DNA of 61,022 bases from Octopus sinensis (GCF_006345805.1 NW_021834508.1:1-61022), one strand, 5' to 3'; positions 27,713 through 40,919 are shown, counted from the stretch's first letter. Notes: generated from the letters alone by a model not told the origin. Numbers and translations are program-made.

Positions 27713-29088
27713 ATGTAACATATACATGTATATATATATACATGTATATAAATACATGTATATATATATATATATATGCCTGTATGTCTGTGTATCTGTG
27801 TTCTTATATATGTGTGTGTCTTTGATTGTGCATGCATGTCTTTGAGTATGCATGCATGTGTGTGTGTATAAATGTCTGTGTGTCGGTGAGATTTGGCACA
27901 GTACAGCCGAATGGTTAGGAATCTGACAAAGGCTCCTATTCATAAAAATAGATAAACATATATAAAAAAAACAATTGTTGCGATCAAATACTCACGTTCC
28001 AGTTCTTCCTGAATGTATGGAGAATGAATAGAGCCATTGCTATAAGTATATTCCGTTCTGCGTCCACCTTAAATAATCATTATCTTTTTGGTTGACTCCA
28101 CGACGCATCAGATCTTATGCGCTTATAAGAATTATCAGTCGTTTCTGTGGTTTTGTAGTTTTGTAGTTTTGTCTATTGATTATAAACCGAGAACCATTTG
28201 AACCCTAGAATTCCATATAAGATTTTTATGAGGTCCAATAAAGCGAGAGAGTAAATAGGGGACGTAGAGTTGTGTTTTAGGGATCCATTAAAAATGTTGT
28301 TTTGGACGCGTTTATTGCAAGAAATAACGAGGTTTGTTTCTCTCACGTTTTACATGTCTCCAGCCAATGAAACATGTTCTGTTTGTGGATGCTGTTGGAA
28401 ACTTACGCTGGGGAATGGGTGAAAAACAAAATAGGAATTTTGAAGGAAATATTTATAAAAACAGTTTTTTAACATCTATTACCTTTAGAGATCCACGAGA
28501 GTAAAATGGAAGTCAAATTGGTCCAGAGGAATAAAAATGGTTGAGAATCTGTGGATTAGACTGAGGAAGCACAGAAAAAGATCGAAACCCCATGGTATCT
28601 CAGTATCCCATAACATCGGTGAATCATGTACTATGGACAAACAAACTGCAGAGGAAGAAGGATGGTTTCTCTTGAGAAAAACATCGTTGGTCAGTAGTCA
28701 TGTTTGAATCAATCGGTCAGAATTTATTAAAAATCAATAGATACCTTATTATTGTCTGTGAACTCTGACAATGAGTTGTAATGGTAACGAAACGGGCGTT
28801 AAGACTGAAACAAGAAACGTATCATCAATAAAGAGTGTTAAATTTTATACATTCCCTATTTACTCTTTCGCTCTATTGGACCCCACAAAATATTATATAA
28901 ATTTCCAGGGACCATATGATTCTCGGTTTATAATCACTAGACTAAATTTGATTAGCTCCAAATCTTCAGTGGATTTACAGAGATGATGTGTGATAATTTT
29001 ATTGTTTCGGCAGTCATATTGTCTTAATACCTTATTATATAACACACACACCGGTTCGATTTCCACTCACTTATTATATTATTTTCTT

Positions 29089-29124
29089 CCATAATTTTCG
29101 TTGCTTTAGCATCCTTGTCAATGG
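29089..29124 (-). ncRNA. Minimal hammerhead-like motif, U3-A8 variant
   Basis: Reverse strand CCA-TTGACAA-GGATGC TAAA GCAAC-GAAA-ATT-A-TGG, with palindromic AATT as stem III. Confidence 0.5.
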
Positions 29125-29329
29125 CTGTTGACGCTGAGATGATATCTATGTTCATAAAACAATATCAATTAATAAACGGTAATTGAATTCGTGTCTATAA
29201 TTTAGATTTACTAATTAATAAATGTCTGCGTTAGCAGTGATTAGAAGGGTGGAGGCTAATATAGTTATTGTAGTGAAGAATATGGGGAGGGCCGCAGTGA
29301 GAATGATTATAAGGTAGGAGGTAATTCTA

Positions 29330-30108
29330 GACGTTTGTTGTTGTTGTTGATGTTGTTGTTGTGGTGGTGGTGTGGTGGTGGTGATGGTGGTGGTGGTGTT
29401 AGTAAGGGTTGATTTGATAGTGATGACGGTAAGTGAGCAGTTCCTATTAATACAACAAAAACCATCTCTATAATCTTCGTTGCTGCTGCTGTTATGATGA
29501 TAATGATGATGATCAACATCATCATCATCCTTATCATCATCATCATCAAAATCCTCCTCCTCATCATCATCATCTTCCTCCTCCTCCTCTTGTTCATCTT
29601 CCCCTTCATCCTCCTCCCCTTCATCCTCCTCCTCTTCCTCTTCTTCATCCTCCCCCTCCCCCCCTCCCTCCCCCTCCTCCCCCGCCTCCTCCTCATCTTT
29701 ATCCTCCTCCTCCTCCTCCTCTTCTTCATCTTCCCCTTCCTCCTCCTCTTCATCTTCCCCTTCCTCCTCCTCCTCCTCTTCATCCTCCTCTCTCATCCTC
29801 CTGTTCATCCTCCTCCTCTTCATCCTCCTCCTCTTCATCCTCCCCCTCCTCCTCTTCATCCTCCGCCTCCTCCTCCTCATCATCATCATGATCATGATCA
29901 TTTTCACCCCTCCCCTCCCCCTCCTCCTCATCATCTCTATCCTCCTCCTCCTCATCATCATCATCATCATCATCTTCCTCCCCTCCTCCTCATCATCATC
30001 ATCATCATCTTCCTCCCCTCCTCCTCCTCCACCTCCTCTTCCTCCTCAGCATCTTCCTCCCCTCCTCTTCCTCCTCTTCCTCCTCAGCATCATCATCATC
30101 AAGATGAT
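29330..30108. repeat. Low-complexity (CAT/CCT/GTT)n trinucleotide region
   Basis: Triplet-periodic simple sequence; the ORFs are homopolymeric runs. Confidence 0.9.
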
Positions 30109-30529
30109 GTATGCAGGTGTATATGTATATATGTATTTACATATACGCATCTACATATGTAGGCAATTGCTTTCATGTACAATAATACATCCTTGCGTGA
30201 TTCCGTCAACAGCAGAAAACCCAAACAAAACGAAAGAATAGACATTTCTAGCATTCGCAGGACCAATCTAACCGTGACCGACATGCAGTTCTTTTGTGAG
30301 TTTTCTGATCAGACTAAGGAAAATTTAAAATGGCGATCGTCATCTTATTTACGCTGAATTCAATGTTGATATATCCAGAATAATATAACGAAGAGTGCAA
30401 TGGTGTCATCTAGTCAGCATCTACGACGTTATTGACGGGAAAACATAATGGTTTCACTGTGAAGTCTTGCTGGAACTCTCGTAAGGCTAAAGCAGCACTT
30501 TAGAACAGCCGACAGCAGCAGTCTCCCCA

Positions 30530-30642
<113 letters not shown>

Positions 30643-30644
30643 AT

Positions 30645-30850
30645 GTTGAATCGCTAGCTTCTGCACGCATTTTTTTTCTCTCCTTGTTTCTCTCCGTGTT
30701 TCTTTTCTGTGTATCTTTCTGTTGAAGAGCGTAGGCTCGAAACGTAAAAGACTTGTTTTATTTATATTGCTGAGCGCCATACTAATACAATTGTTTGTTT
30801 GTACTCCACCTGCCTTCGTCTTTTGTTTATTTTCATAAAGCTTCCCGTTA
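30645..30850 (+). mobile_element. PLE-like terminal module with a hammerhead-like motif (30714-30751)
   Basis: TCTTT-CTGTTGA-AGAGC GTAG GCTC-GAAA-CGTA-AAAGA. Same family as 33853-34110 (-). Flanked by (TATC)n and (TA)n. Confidence 0.6.
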
Positions 30851-30884
30851 ATATATATATATATATACTATATATATATATTAT

Positions 30885-30963
<79 letters not shown>

Positions 30964-30978
30964 ATTATAATATATATC

Positions 30979-31052
<74 letters not shown>

Positions 31053-31094
31053 TATATATATATAATGTATATTATATACATATAGAATGTATAT

Positions 31095-31278
31095 GTGACC
31101 TCGTGCATACCGTTGGCGATTTTTTCCTCTGTCTTCCCTCCTCTGAATCTTTCCTTCTCCTATGTTTCCGACGAAGAGCTCCGCCCTGAAACGTTAAACC
31201 CTCCTTCTTTCCTTCTTTCCTGAGCGTCCAATTATACTATAATTGTTCCACGTCCTTTTGTGTTTCTTTGGATGAACT
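31095..31278 (+). mobile_element. PLE-like terminal module with a hammerhead-like motif (31164-31199)
   Basis: GTTT-CCGACGA-AGAGC TCC GCCCT-GAAA-CGTT-AAAC, a pyrimidine-rich tail with CTGAGCG as in the 30.7-kb module, and (TA)n flanks. Confidence 0.55.
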
Positions 31279-31454
31279 ATATATATATATATATATATAT
31301 ATCTATATATATATATATATATATATATAAACGCACATATACGTATATACATGCACACATATATACATACATATTAATATATATATATATATGTTTTGTT
31401 TTTGGATTTTTGTTTGCAAGATTCTTTATGTGACTTCGTGTGTTGAAGCATATT

Positions 31455-31691
31455 CTGTTGTGTCTGGGGAAAGAATTCTCATTTAGTGCCTTATAAATGA
31501 ACACACTCACCGGTAAAATTTCCACCTATTTCTTATTTATTTTTCTAAAGTTTCTTTGCATCTTGCAAGAGACAAAACTATTGAAAAGGTTACAAGACGC
31601 AATGAAACTTTTAGAAAAATAAAAAGGAAATAGGTGGAAATTTTACCGGCATGTGTGCACCAAAAAAGGGTGACTTTCCCAAGACGCAACA

Positions 31692-31692
<1 letters not shown>
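31455..31692. repeat. Fold-back inverted repeat (~110-bp arms) with a hammerhead-like motif at its turn (31578-31614, +)
   Basis: CCGGTAAAATTTCCACCTATTTC pairs with GAAATAGGTGGAAATTTTACCGG. Motif: CTA-TTGAAAA-GGTTAC AAGAC GCAAT-GAAA-CTT-T-TAG. Confidence 0.75.
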
Positions 31693-31736
<44 letters not shown>

Positions 31737-31740
31737 ATAT

Positions 31741-32050
31741 CACCCTGATCACCGTGACCGACCAGGCTATCAGATGTTGCTACACATCGCTGGTCACAAT
31801 GCGCTTCGCATTGTTTTAGCCTTCAAATGACGCCACCCCGCCGGCTAAGCAAGCAGGTCAAGAGAAGAAAGAAGTGAGAGAAAGTTGTGACGAAAGAGTA
31901 CAGCAGGGATCGCCACCACCACCCTGCCGGAACCTCGTGGAGCTTCAGGTGTTTTCGCTCATGAAACGCTAACAACGCCCGGTCAGGGAATCGAAACCGC
32001 GATCCTCCGACCGCGAGTCCGCTGCATAACCACTGGGCCATTGCGTCTCC
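31741..32050 (-). mobile_element. tRNA-derived SINE family C
   Basis: Reverse strand GGAGACGCAATGGCCCAGTGGTTA..GGTTTCGATTCCC (A and B boxes). Other copies at 39927-40182 and 47262-47448. Confidence 0.85.
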
Positions 32051-32076
32051 ATATATATATATATATATAATATATA

Positions 32077-32123
<47 letters not shown>

Positions 32124-32186
32124 ATATATATATATAATATATATATATATATATAGATATAATATATATAATATATATATATATAT

Positions 32187-32228
<42 letters not shown>

Positions 32229-32337
32229 TAATATATATATATAATATATATATATATTAATATATATATGTATATATATATATATATATTATATATATTA
32301 CATTACATATAACTTTATAAATATATATATATAATAT

Positions 32338-32737
32338 AGGCGCAGGAGTGGCTGTGTGGTAAGTAGCTTGCTAACCAACACATGGTTCCGAGTTCAGTCC
32401 CACTGCGTGGCATCTTGGGCAAGTGTCTTCTACTATAGCCCCGGGCCGACCAATGCTTGTGAGTGGATTTGGTAGACGGAAACTGAAAGAAGCCTGTCGT
32501 ATATATGTAATATATATATGTGTGTGTGTTTGTGTGTGTTTTGTCCCCCTAGCATTGCTTGACAACCGATGCTGGTGTGTTTACGTCCCCGTCAATTAGC
32601 GGTTCGGCAAAAGAGACCGATAGAATAAGTACTGGGCTTACAAAGAATAAATCCCGGGGTCGATTTGCCCGACTAAAGGCGGTGCTCCAGCATGGCCGCA
32701 GTCAAATAACTGAAACAAGTAAAAGAGTAAAGAGAGT
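32338..32737 (+). mobile_element. SINE family A
   Basis: Full-length match to the family. Confidence 0.9.
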
Positions 32738-33852
32738 ATATGTGTGTGTGTGTGTGTGTGTGTACACAGACACATACACGGCTGTAGCGAAGAGTAATAT
32801 GTAATCCAAAGAAGGAATTTTGTAATCTTACAAGACCAGATACATTTGGATTCTTGTGACTGTTTCTAACGCTATTTTACGCACAGCATAAGTTTAAAGA
32901 CCTCCGCAATAGAGGAAATTTTGTATATTGGAGTGGCACCTCATCAAACATGAATGAACAGCTGCGTTCGTATATTGTGTAGAATGTGACAACAACGAAA
33001 AGATGGCGAATGTACGTATCAACGGAAAAATACTTTAGTTGAGGAAATACAGTAATAGCTCACTTTAAGAAAACCCGCTTTACGATAAACCCTGTTTACG
33101 ACTGTTATTTTTCGAGCAGAAGATCCAAATATTGAATGAAGTACAAATGTTTCTACTATCGCAACAAATGCTTCTGCGTGTTCCCCAGAATGGTATAGAG
33201 AGCGAAAAATAGCGTCTTCTAAGGAAACAACTCAAGACCTGTTTTTAAAAGGGAATCTATAAGTCCGTCTACGAGTGCTTGTGAAACGTCGGTCGCGTCG
33301 ACAAGTGATGCAGTGCGCGTGTCTAGTGGTGGTTTTCTCGAAGACGTCGCTCATGTCACCCTGCTATACTCTGTAGTCGACAAAATCCCAAAACAAACAA
33401 TGCGCATGGGTGGAAGAAAAAATATATAAAATGGCGACGATTTACATATCAGAGCCTATATATATATATGTGTGGGGGGGATATGTATATTATATATATA
33501 TTATATAATATATATATATATATAATTATATATATATATATATATATATTATATAATCAAAAAATTATAACAGACAATGGATATTTGTCATCTCTCTACC
33601 ACTGTTTCTTACTCATCTTTTTAATAGAAAAATAAGGAGATTAATCCATCACAAAAGCTGTAATCGTCACATGAAACGTAATTTTACAATCATAAGATCT
33701 ACAGAATATAGCAGAGTTTTGGCTGACGTCTGTCGAGGCCATGCAATGATGCATATCTTTTAAAGTACCTGATTCTATCCGAATCATTTATTTTACCATA
33801 TATATATATTATAATATATATTATATATATATAATATATATATATATATATA

Positions 33853-34110
33853 CAGTGAGAATTTACGAAAAAAATAAAAGACGAAGACGGGATGTATTAG
33901 TTTAACGCTCGGGAAGTGCGAATGTCTTTAACGCTTCGAGCCTACGCTCTTCGACAGAAGATGAAGACAGAAAGAAACAGGGAGAGGAAATAAAGAATGT
34001 GTAGTGGCTAGCGATCTATCATGGCAAATGCCGGACAGAGGGGTCACACAAAAGAGCTAGGAAGAAGGGGATATAATAAAGTAGTGGTGATCCCTAAACG
34101 AAGGTGCTCG
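33853..34110 (-). mobile_element. PLE-like terminal module with a hammerhead-like motif (33925-33961)
   Basis: Reverse strand TCTT-CTGTCGA-AGAGC GTAG GCTC-GAAG-CGTT-AAAGA; homologous to 30645-30850. Confidence 0.6.
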
Positions 34111-34129
34111 TGCGTATGTATAATAGAGC

Positions 34130-34187
<58 letters not shown>

Positions 34188-34191
34188 CATG

Positions 34192-34424
34192 AAGGCAGCG
34201 AGCTGGCAGAAACGTTAGCACGCCCGGCGAAATGCTTAGCGGTATTTCGTCTGCCGTTACGTTCCGAGTTCAAATTCCGCCGAGGTCGACTTTGCCTTTC
34301 ATCCTTCCGGGGTCGATAAATTAAGTACGAGTTACGCACTGGGGTCGATGTAATCGACTTAATCCGTTTGTCTGTCCTTGTTTGTCCCCTCTGTGTTTAG
34401 CCCCTTGTGGGTAGTAAAGAAATA
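34192..34424 (+). mobile_element. SINE family B monomer
   Basis: AAGGCAGCGAGCTGGCAGAAACGTTAGC..GTGGGTAGTAAAGAAATA; defines the ~230-bp monomer. Confidence 0.9.
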
Positions 34425-34870
34425 TATATATATATACATACATATATAAATATATTTATTTAATTATTTATACGATGGCCTTCTTTCAGTTTCCGTGAAC
34501 CTACTCCACTCACAAAGCTTTGGTAGGCCCGGAGCTATGGTAGGAAATACTTGCCGAAATTGCCATGAAATTGAAGTGAATCCGAAGCCATGTGGTCGGG
34601 AAACAAGCTCCTGTTCCCGCAGTCCAGCCTATATGCGTGTATATGTAAACTCGGGAAGCTGTGTGTGTTTGTGTGTGTGTGTATGAAGGGATATGTAATT
34701 GCTCTCAGACACACTTGTTACCAACTTGACAATGACCTCGTCTAAACATTGTGCTTCGCAGCCTATTTTTCGCTACAATAGAAATGGAGAAACTCACGAA
34801 TAATGTCTGAACAAAGGACATCGCTAATCTAATAGTACGCCTAAATAGTTTAGACATACATACCAGACAT

Positions 34871-34965
<95 letters not shown>

Positions 34966-35616
34966 ATATATGTATATATATGTATATATATATATATATA
35001 GTATATATATATATATATATATCAATGAGAGAGGCGAATTAGATAAATGAAATATTACAAGAATACATATAAAAGGATATAAATAGAATGTAAAAATACC
35101 TGAATATGAAATCCAAATTGAATCAACAAAAAATATAATTTACAGAGAAAGGCCTCAAAGCTAAATATTGTTTTATGTCATTAATTACAATATAGGAGGG
35201 GAAAAAATAAGACTATTAAATCAATTTGAATATTTAATTAGTATTCGTAAAAGCATTCAATTAGTTAATTTCGAATTTATATCATTACTTTTATCTGAAA
35301 ATATCAAGAAAAAGAGGTTACAATTTATATATATATATATATATAGATATATATATATACACGCACACATATATATATGCATATATTAACATACACACAA
35401 ACATATATATATATATTATATATATATATTATATGCGTATATATATATGTATATATATACATATATATACATATATATATATACACACACACACACATAT
35501 ATATATACCCGTATATATATTTGATGCATTTTTATGTGTCTGTATACATACATACATATATATATACATGTATATATACATACATATACCTGTATGTGTA
35601 TATATATATATATATA

Positions 35617-35649
<33 letters not shown>

Positions 35650-36027
35650 TGTACACATACATATACCTGTATGTATATAATATATACATATATATATATA
35701 TTACACATATGCAAGAAAACACACATTGACACGCACACACACACACATATATACAGATAGATATACATATAAATATGTGTATTCACAAATGCGTGTGTAC
35801 GTGTGATGTATAATGCATCGTTGTTTAATGATTATAATAATCAAACACGTAAATGATTTGATAATGATGAATGGCAATATCCTCAGCGGGGCACAAATTT
35901 GAAATGTAAAACATCCGAAGTAATTTCCACAAAACTCTCCATTGTATTCGTGACTATGTTGGTTTTGCTGACTCGTTGCGCTTATGTAACAAACGCAATT
36001 ACTTTCTAACCACTAGTAGTAGTAGTT

Positions 36028-36099
<72 letters not shown>

Positions 36100-36214
36100 A
36101 TAATGATAATAATAATAATAGGAATAATAATAGTATTAGTAGTAGCAATAATAATAATAATGATAATGGTAATAATAATAATAGTAGTAGTAGTAGTAGT
36201 AGTAGTAATAATTC

Positions 36215-36257
<43 letters not shown>

Positions 36258-36258
36258 C

Positions 36259-36292
<34 letters not shown>

Positions 36293-36338
36293 TAATAGTA
36301 ATAATAATAATAATAATAATAATATAATAATAATAATA

Positions 36339-36592
36339 ACAGAAACAATTCCTATCATAGTAGGTGCATTAGGCATGATAAAAATATCAGACAAATACAT
36401 AACAAAAACACCAGGACTTACAAACACATATAACATGCAGAAAATTGCACTACTAGGCACTGCACACATCCTACGCAGAACACTTTCCATACAATAACCA
36501 TCAGAGCATCACAACAAATCACAGCACATACCCAAGGCACACAGAGCTGCGCTCGGTAGTGAGTGAAGCACGCTATAAAAATAAAACTACTG
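36339..36592 (+). mobile_element. 3' end of a Dong/R4-type (RLE) non-LTR retrotransposon inserted in (TAA)n
   Basis: ETIPIIVGALGMI..MQKIALLGTAHILRRTL* is the characteristic C-terminus of the restriction-like endonuclease domain. Short 3' UTR, (TAA)n on both flanks. Confidence 0.85.
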
Positions 36593-36661
36593 AATAATAA
36601 TAATAATAATAATAATATAATAATAATAATAATAATAATAATGGTAATAATAATAATAATG

Positions 36662-36731
<70 letters not shown>

Positions 36732-36773
36732 TAATAACAACAACAACAAATAATAATAATAATAATAATAATG

Positions 36774-36820
<47 letters not shown>

Positions 36821-36879
36821 CGCAAAAGAAATAGAGAAAGCAAAATTTCAGCAATGGCTGAGAAGTTCAGGACTGAAGA

Positions 36880-37500
36880 CGCCCGGCGTCCTAACGATTC
36901 TACCACCTTGCCACCTTGATATAATAATCCTACCTACTCTAGGCACAAGGCCTGAAATTTTGGGGAAGGGGGCTAGTTTCTTAGATCGACCCCAGTATGC
37001 AACTGGTACTTAATTTATCGACCCCGAAATGATAAAAAGCATTGTTGACCTGCGCAGAATATGAACTCAGATCGTAGCGGCACACAAAGTACCTATTTCT
37101 TTACTACCCACAAGGGGTTAAACACAGAGGGGACAGACAAGGACAGACAAACGGTTTAAGTCGATTACATCGACCCCAGTGCGTAACTGGTACTTAATTT
37201 ATCGACCCCGAAAGGATGAAAAGCAAAGTCGACCTCGGCGGATGTAATCGACTTGATCCGTTTGTCTGTCCTTGTTTGTCCCCTCTGTGTTTAGCTCCTT
37301 GTGGGCAATAAAGAAATAGATATTTCCTCTGCCGTTACGTTCTAAGTTCAAATTCTGCCGAGGTCGACTTTGCCTTTCCTCCTTTCGGGGTGGATTAAAT
37401 AACTATCAGTTACTCAATGGGGTCGATATAATCGACTTAATCCATTTGTCTGTCCTTGTTGTTCACTCTGTGTGTAGCCCCTTGTGGGCAGTAAAGAAGT
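36880..37500. mobile_element. Rearranged SINE family B cluster (minus-strand units fused to plus-strand units)
   Basis: Minus-strand bodies at ~36935-37241, with an orientation switch at GACCTCGGCG|GATGTAATCGAC to plus-strand bodies. Confidence 0.8.
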
Positions 37501-38448
37501 AAGAATCGTCAGAACATTACCCCAAAACTCTATGAAGTATTTATCCTGAATCATCCTATTCAGAGCTCAAATTCCACCAAATCAACTTTGTATTTCAGCT
37601 TTTCTCGAACGATAAAATGTAGAGTCATTCAAATACTGCTCACCATATATTCGACTGTTCTGTTACCTCACCAAATTCCTCACCTTCTTCTAGGAAGTTG
37701 CTGAGGCGACAGAATGTAAAAACCGATAGCGGAAGGCAGTTTCTTTGACGCCTTAAAAATTATTCTGGCGCACAATCATAAATAAAAGCTTCTGATAGAT
37801 TAGCAAAGCTAGTAATATTTCAAAGAAGAGTCTAATCGATAACATCCATTTCTCTGCTTCAATGGTACCGCAGTTTATCGAACCGCTAAAGGATAAAATG
37901 CAGAGGAGATTTCAACATATTTAAACTTAGTATAAGAAAAGACGAAACAGATATTGCAAAACTTTGCATCGCCCTCCTTAATAATTTCTAGTTTTGATGA
38001 AAGGCAAGAAATTTTGATGGTAATTATAAGTCAGGTTTATATCGATTTATGTGCTTGAGTGTCACTTAATTTTCCTTGTCCTGGAGGAATTAAAAGCAAA
38101 GTTGTACTAAGATATAGAGAACCAGAAGTAAATGCTCCTAGCAGTTTTGTTACTTTAATCATCCTGTTCTAATTCAAAAGAGAATTTTACCGATTCTCTC
38201 CTGATGAATGTATAATAAATCTAGTGACAGCTTTGATAATCTTCCACCTCAGTTGTAGATATCGTTCGGAATAAATAAGTTATATCTCATATATAATCGT
38301 GTGAGTGTAAAAACGTGCTTGTGTGGGCCTATCTGTACACGCACAAACAGCCTCACATACATGTGTGTGTGTAAGTGTATATTTACAGATATGTATTCAC
38401 TGTATACACATGCATTGGTGCATAAAAGCATGCATATACGAGCGTGTA

Positions 38449-38497
<49 letters not shown>

Positions 38498-38502
<5 letters not shown>

Positions 38503-38745
38503 GAATAAATGAAAGAATGGAGTCGAACGATGTTAACAAAATTCCTTTACTCTCGACTGTTAACATCTTCGTTCGACTCCATTCTTTCATTTTTCATATA
38601 CAACACACAATTTCTGCACATGAACCCGGATTTCTACCCTTGGACAGGTCGCTTCAACCGTGTTTCTGACGTGAATTTGCTACCCAGGTTTCGGTTAAAC
38701 GAATTTCCATGCTGACGATAAACATAGGATAATTCATTCACCTAT
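38498..38745. repeat. (TA)n-embedded module with a ~45-bp-arm hairpin; related copy at 49297-49403
   Basis: ATGAAAGAATGGAGTCGAACGATGTTAACA pairs with TGTTAACATCTTCGTTCGACTCCATTCTTTCAT. Both module ends recur inverted at 49.3 kb. Confidence 0.8.
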
Positions 38746-38756
38746 ATATATATATA

Positions 38757-38794
<38 letters not shown>

Positions 38795-38835
38795 AAAATA
38801 GGAGATGTGGAACACGAGTTGTGATATATAAAAAA

Positions 38836-39243
<408 letters not shown>

Positions 39244-39600
39244 ATGTGTGAGTGTGTGTGTGTCTGTGTAGGCATGTGTTTTTATTTGTGCATGTTGTTT
39301 GTGTTTGTATTTGAGCGTGTGTGTATGTGTACAAACATCCACAAACACACACACACACACACACGCATGTACACACACACACACACACACCACTACTAAC
39401 ACACACACAGGCATGTATATTTGCACTTGGACTTTCGAGGAAGAGACGACTGCGGTACTGATAAAGACACCACTAAGCTTTTACCAACGATTAAATCACG
39501 GACTCTTCCACTTGTATTCAGGTACTTTAATAATGGTTGGCATACATACATCTGTATGTATGCAAATATATATGCACACACGGATATGTGTGTATATCAT

Positions 39601-39660
39601 AATAAAACTCAGTTTCGGATGTCGGGGCGGAAATACTGCTCCGGCATCTCGTCAGTTATT
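39601..39660 (-). ncRNA. Type-I hammerhead ribozyme with a canonical core
   Basis: Reverse strand AATAA-CTGACGA-GATGCCGGAGCAG TATTT CCGCCCCGACATC-C-GAAA-C TGA G-TT-TTATT: 5-bp stem I, intact CUGANGA/GAAA core, 13-position stem II with three mismatches, GUU site. Confidence 0.78.
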
Positions 39661-39926
39661 TATATGTGGATGGTGCAAACTTTGCTCAGAGGATACAGAA
39701 CCCTGAAGATATTGTTGAAAACAATAACATGCAATAAATTTAGAAAAGTTTCAAGCCTATTCGAAGGTTATAATGGACACAGGTTTGTGTGTCACATAGC
39801 TAGCTAGAGGCGATGGCCTCTTGGAACTAATCAACGGCAGCATTCGCCCTATTTTTCTGGACTGCCATATTAGCTTGGCGATAACTTTTAATATATATAG
39901 ATATGTATGTATATATTTATATATGT

Positions 39927-40182
39927 GGAGGCGCAATGGACCAGTGGTTAGGGCAGCGGACTCACGGTCGTAGGATCGCGGTTTCGATTCCCAGGCCGGG
40001 CATTGTGAGTGTTTATTGTGCGAAAACACCTAAAGCTCCACGATGCTCCGGCAGAGGATGGTGGCGGTCCCTGCTGTACACTTTCGCCGCAACTTTCTCT
40101 CACTCTTTCTTCTGTTGGCCTGCTAGCTTAGCCAGCGGGATGGCGTCATTTGATAGCCTGGTCGGTCACATGATCACGTGAT
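39927..40182 (+). mobile_element. SINE family C with an internal deletion
   Basis: GGAGGCGCAATGGACCAGTGGTTAGGGCAGCGGACTC head and GCCTGGTCGGTCAC..GATCAC tail. Confidence 0.85.
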
Positions 40183-40728
40183 ATTTATATAGAGAGAGAT
40201 AAATACATCCAGACACACACACACACACATTTATATGTATGTATGTACACATATGCATACGCACAAATGTATGTGTGCTTTTTCCATCAGGGAAAAGTAC
40301 ACTCTCACTTAGAAATGAGAGTAGTCGTAAACCGACTCATAGCTTTGGATGTTACATTTGTGATAAAGCCTTTAGATCTGTCAATCACTGCACCAAAGTT
40401 AATGCACTAATTTTACCATCAAAATTAGAAGAAACATCTTAGGCAGCAACTAAAGGATAGCTGACACCGTTCGCTATAAAAGCCTTTCATTCATTTTGTA
40501 TTGAAAATTAAAACACCTCTTAAGACAGTTTATATAGTAGCACTTAGGTCAGGTAAACAGAGTAAGACCTGTTGAAGAAAAGAAATTGCGTTCCAGTGAA
40601 TTGATGTGTTGTGAGCCTGTGTACGTGCGTGTATATGGTAGGTACATCACATATTGAAAAGTAAACATGCGACTTTCATATACAGGACGTAATGATATTC
40701 CTATTGATATCATGCTTTTCAAGAACAA

Positions 40729-40770
<42 letters not shown>

Positions 40771-40848
40771 CATACGCATCCATCGAAACTTCATGATATA
40801 AATGGATTACAACAACTCGAGCGTTCGTCTCCTTTTTATATATAATAT

Positions 40849-40919
<71 letters not shown>

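Noticed and set aside
11815-27943. Numerous YI/HT/CV-repeat ORFs
   Set aside because: They are translations of (TA)n, (CA)n and (TACA)n microsatellites.
28760-28806. Additional hammerhead (GTTG..TAAC-GAAAC-GGGC-GTT)
   Set aside because: The 3' half fits, but the CUGANGA core and stem I cannot be assigned, so it was not counted.
29215-30162. Long acidic or Pro/His-rich ORFs
   Set aside because: They are products of (CAT/CCT)n low-complexity DNA, open on both strands, with no domain or splice support.
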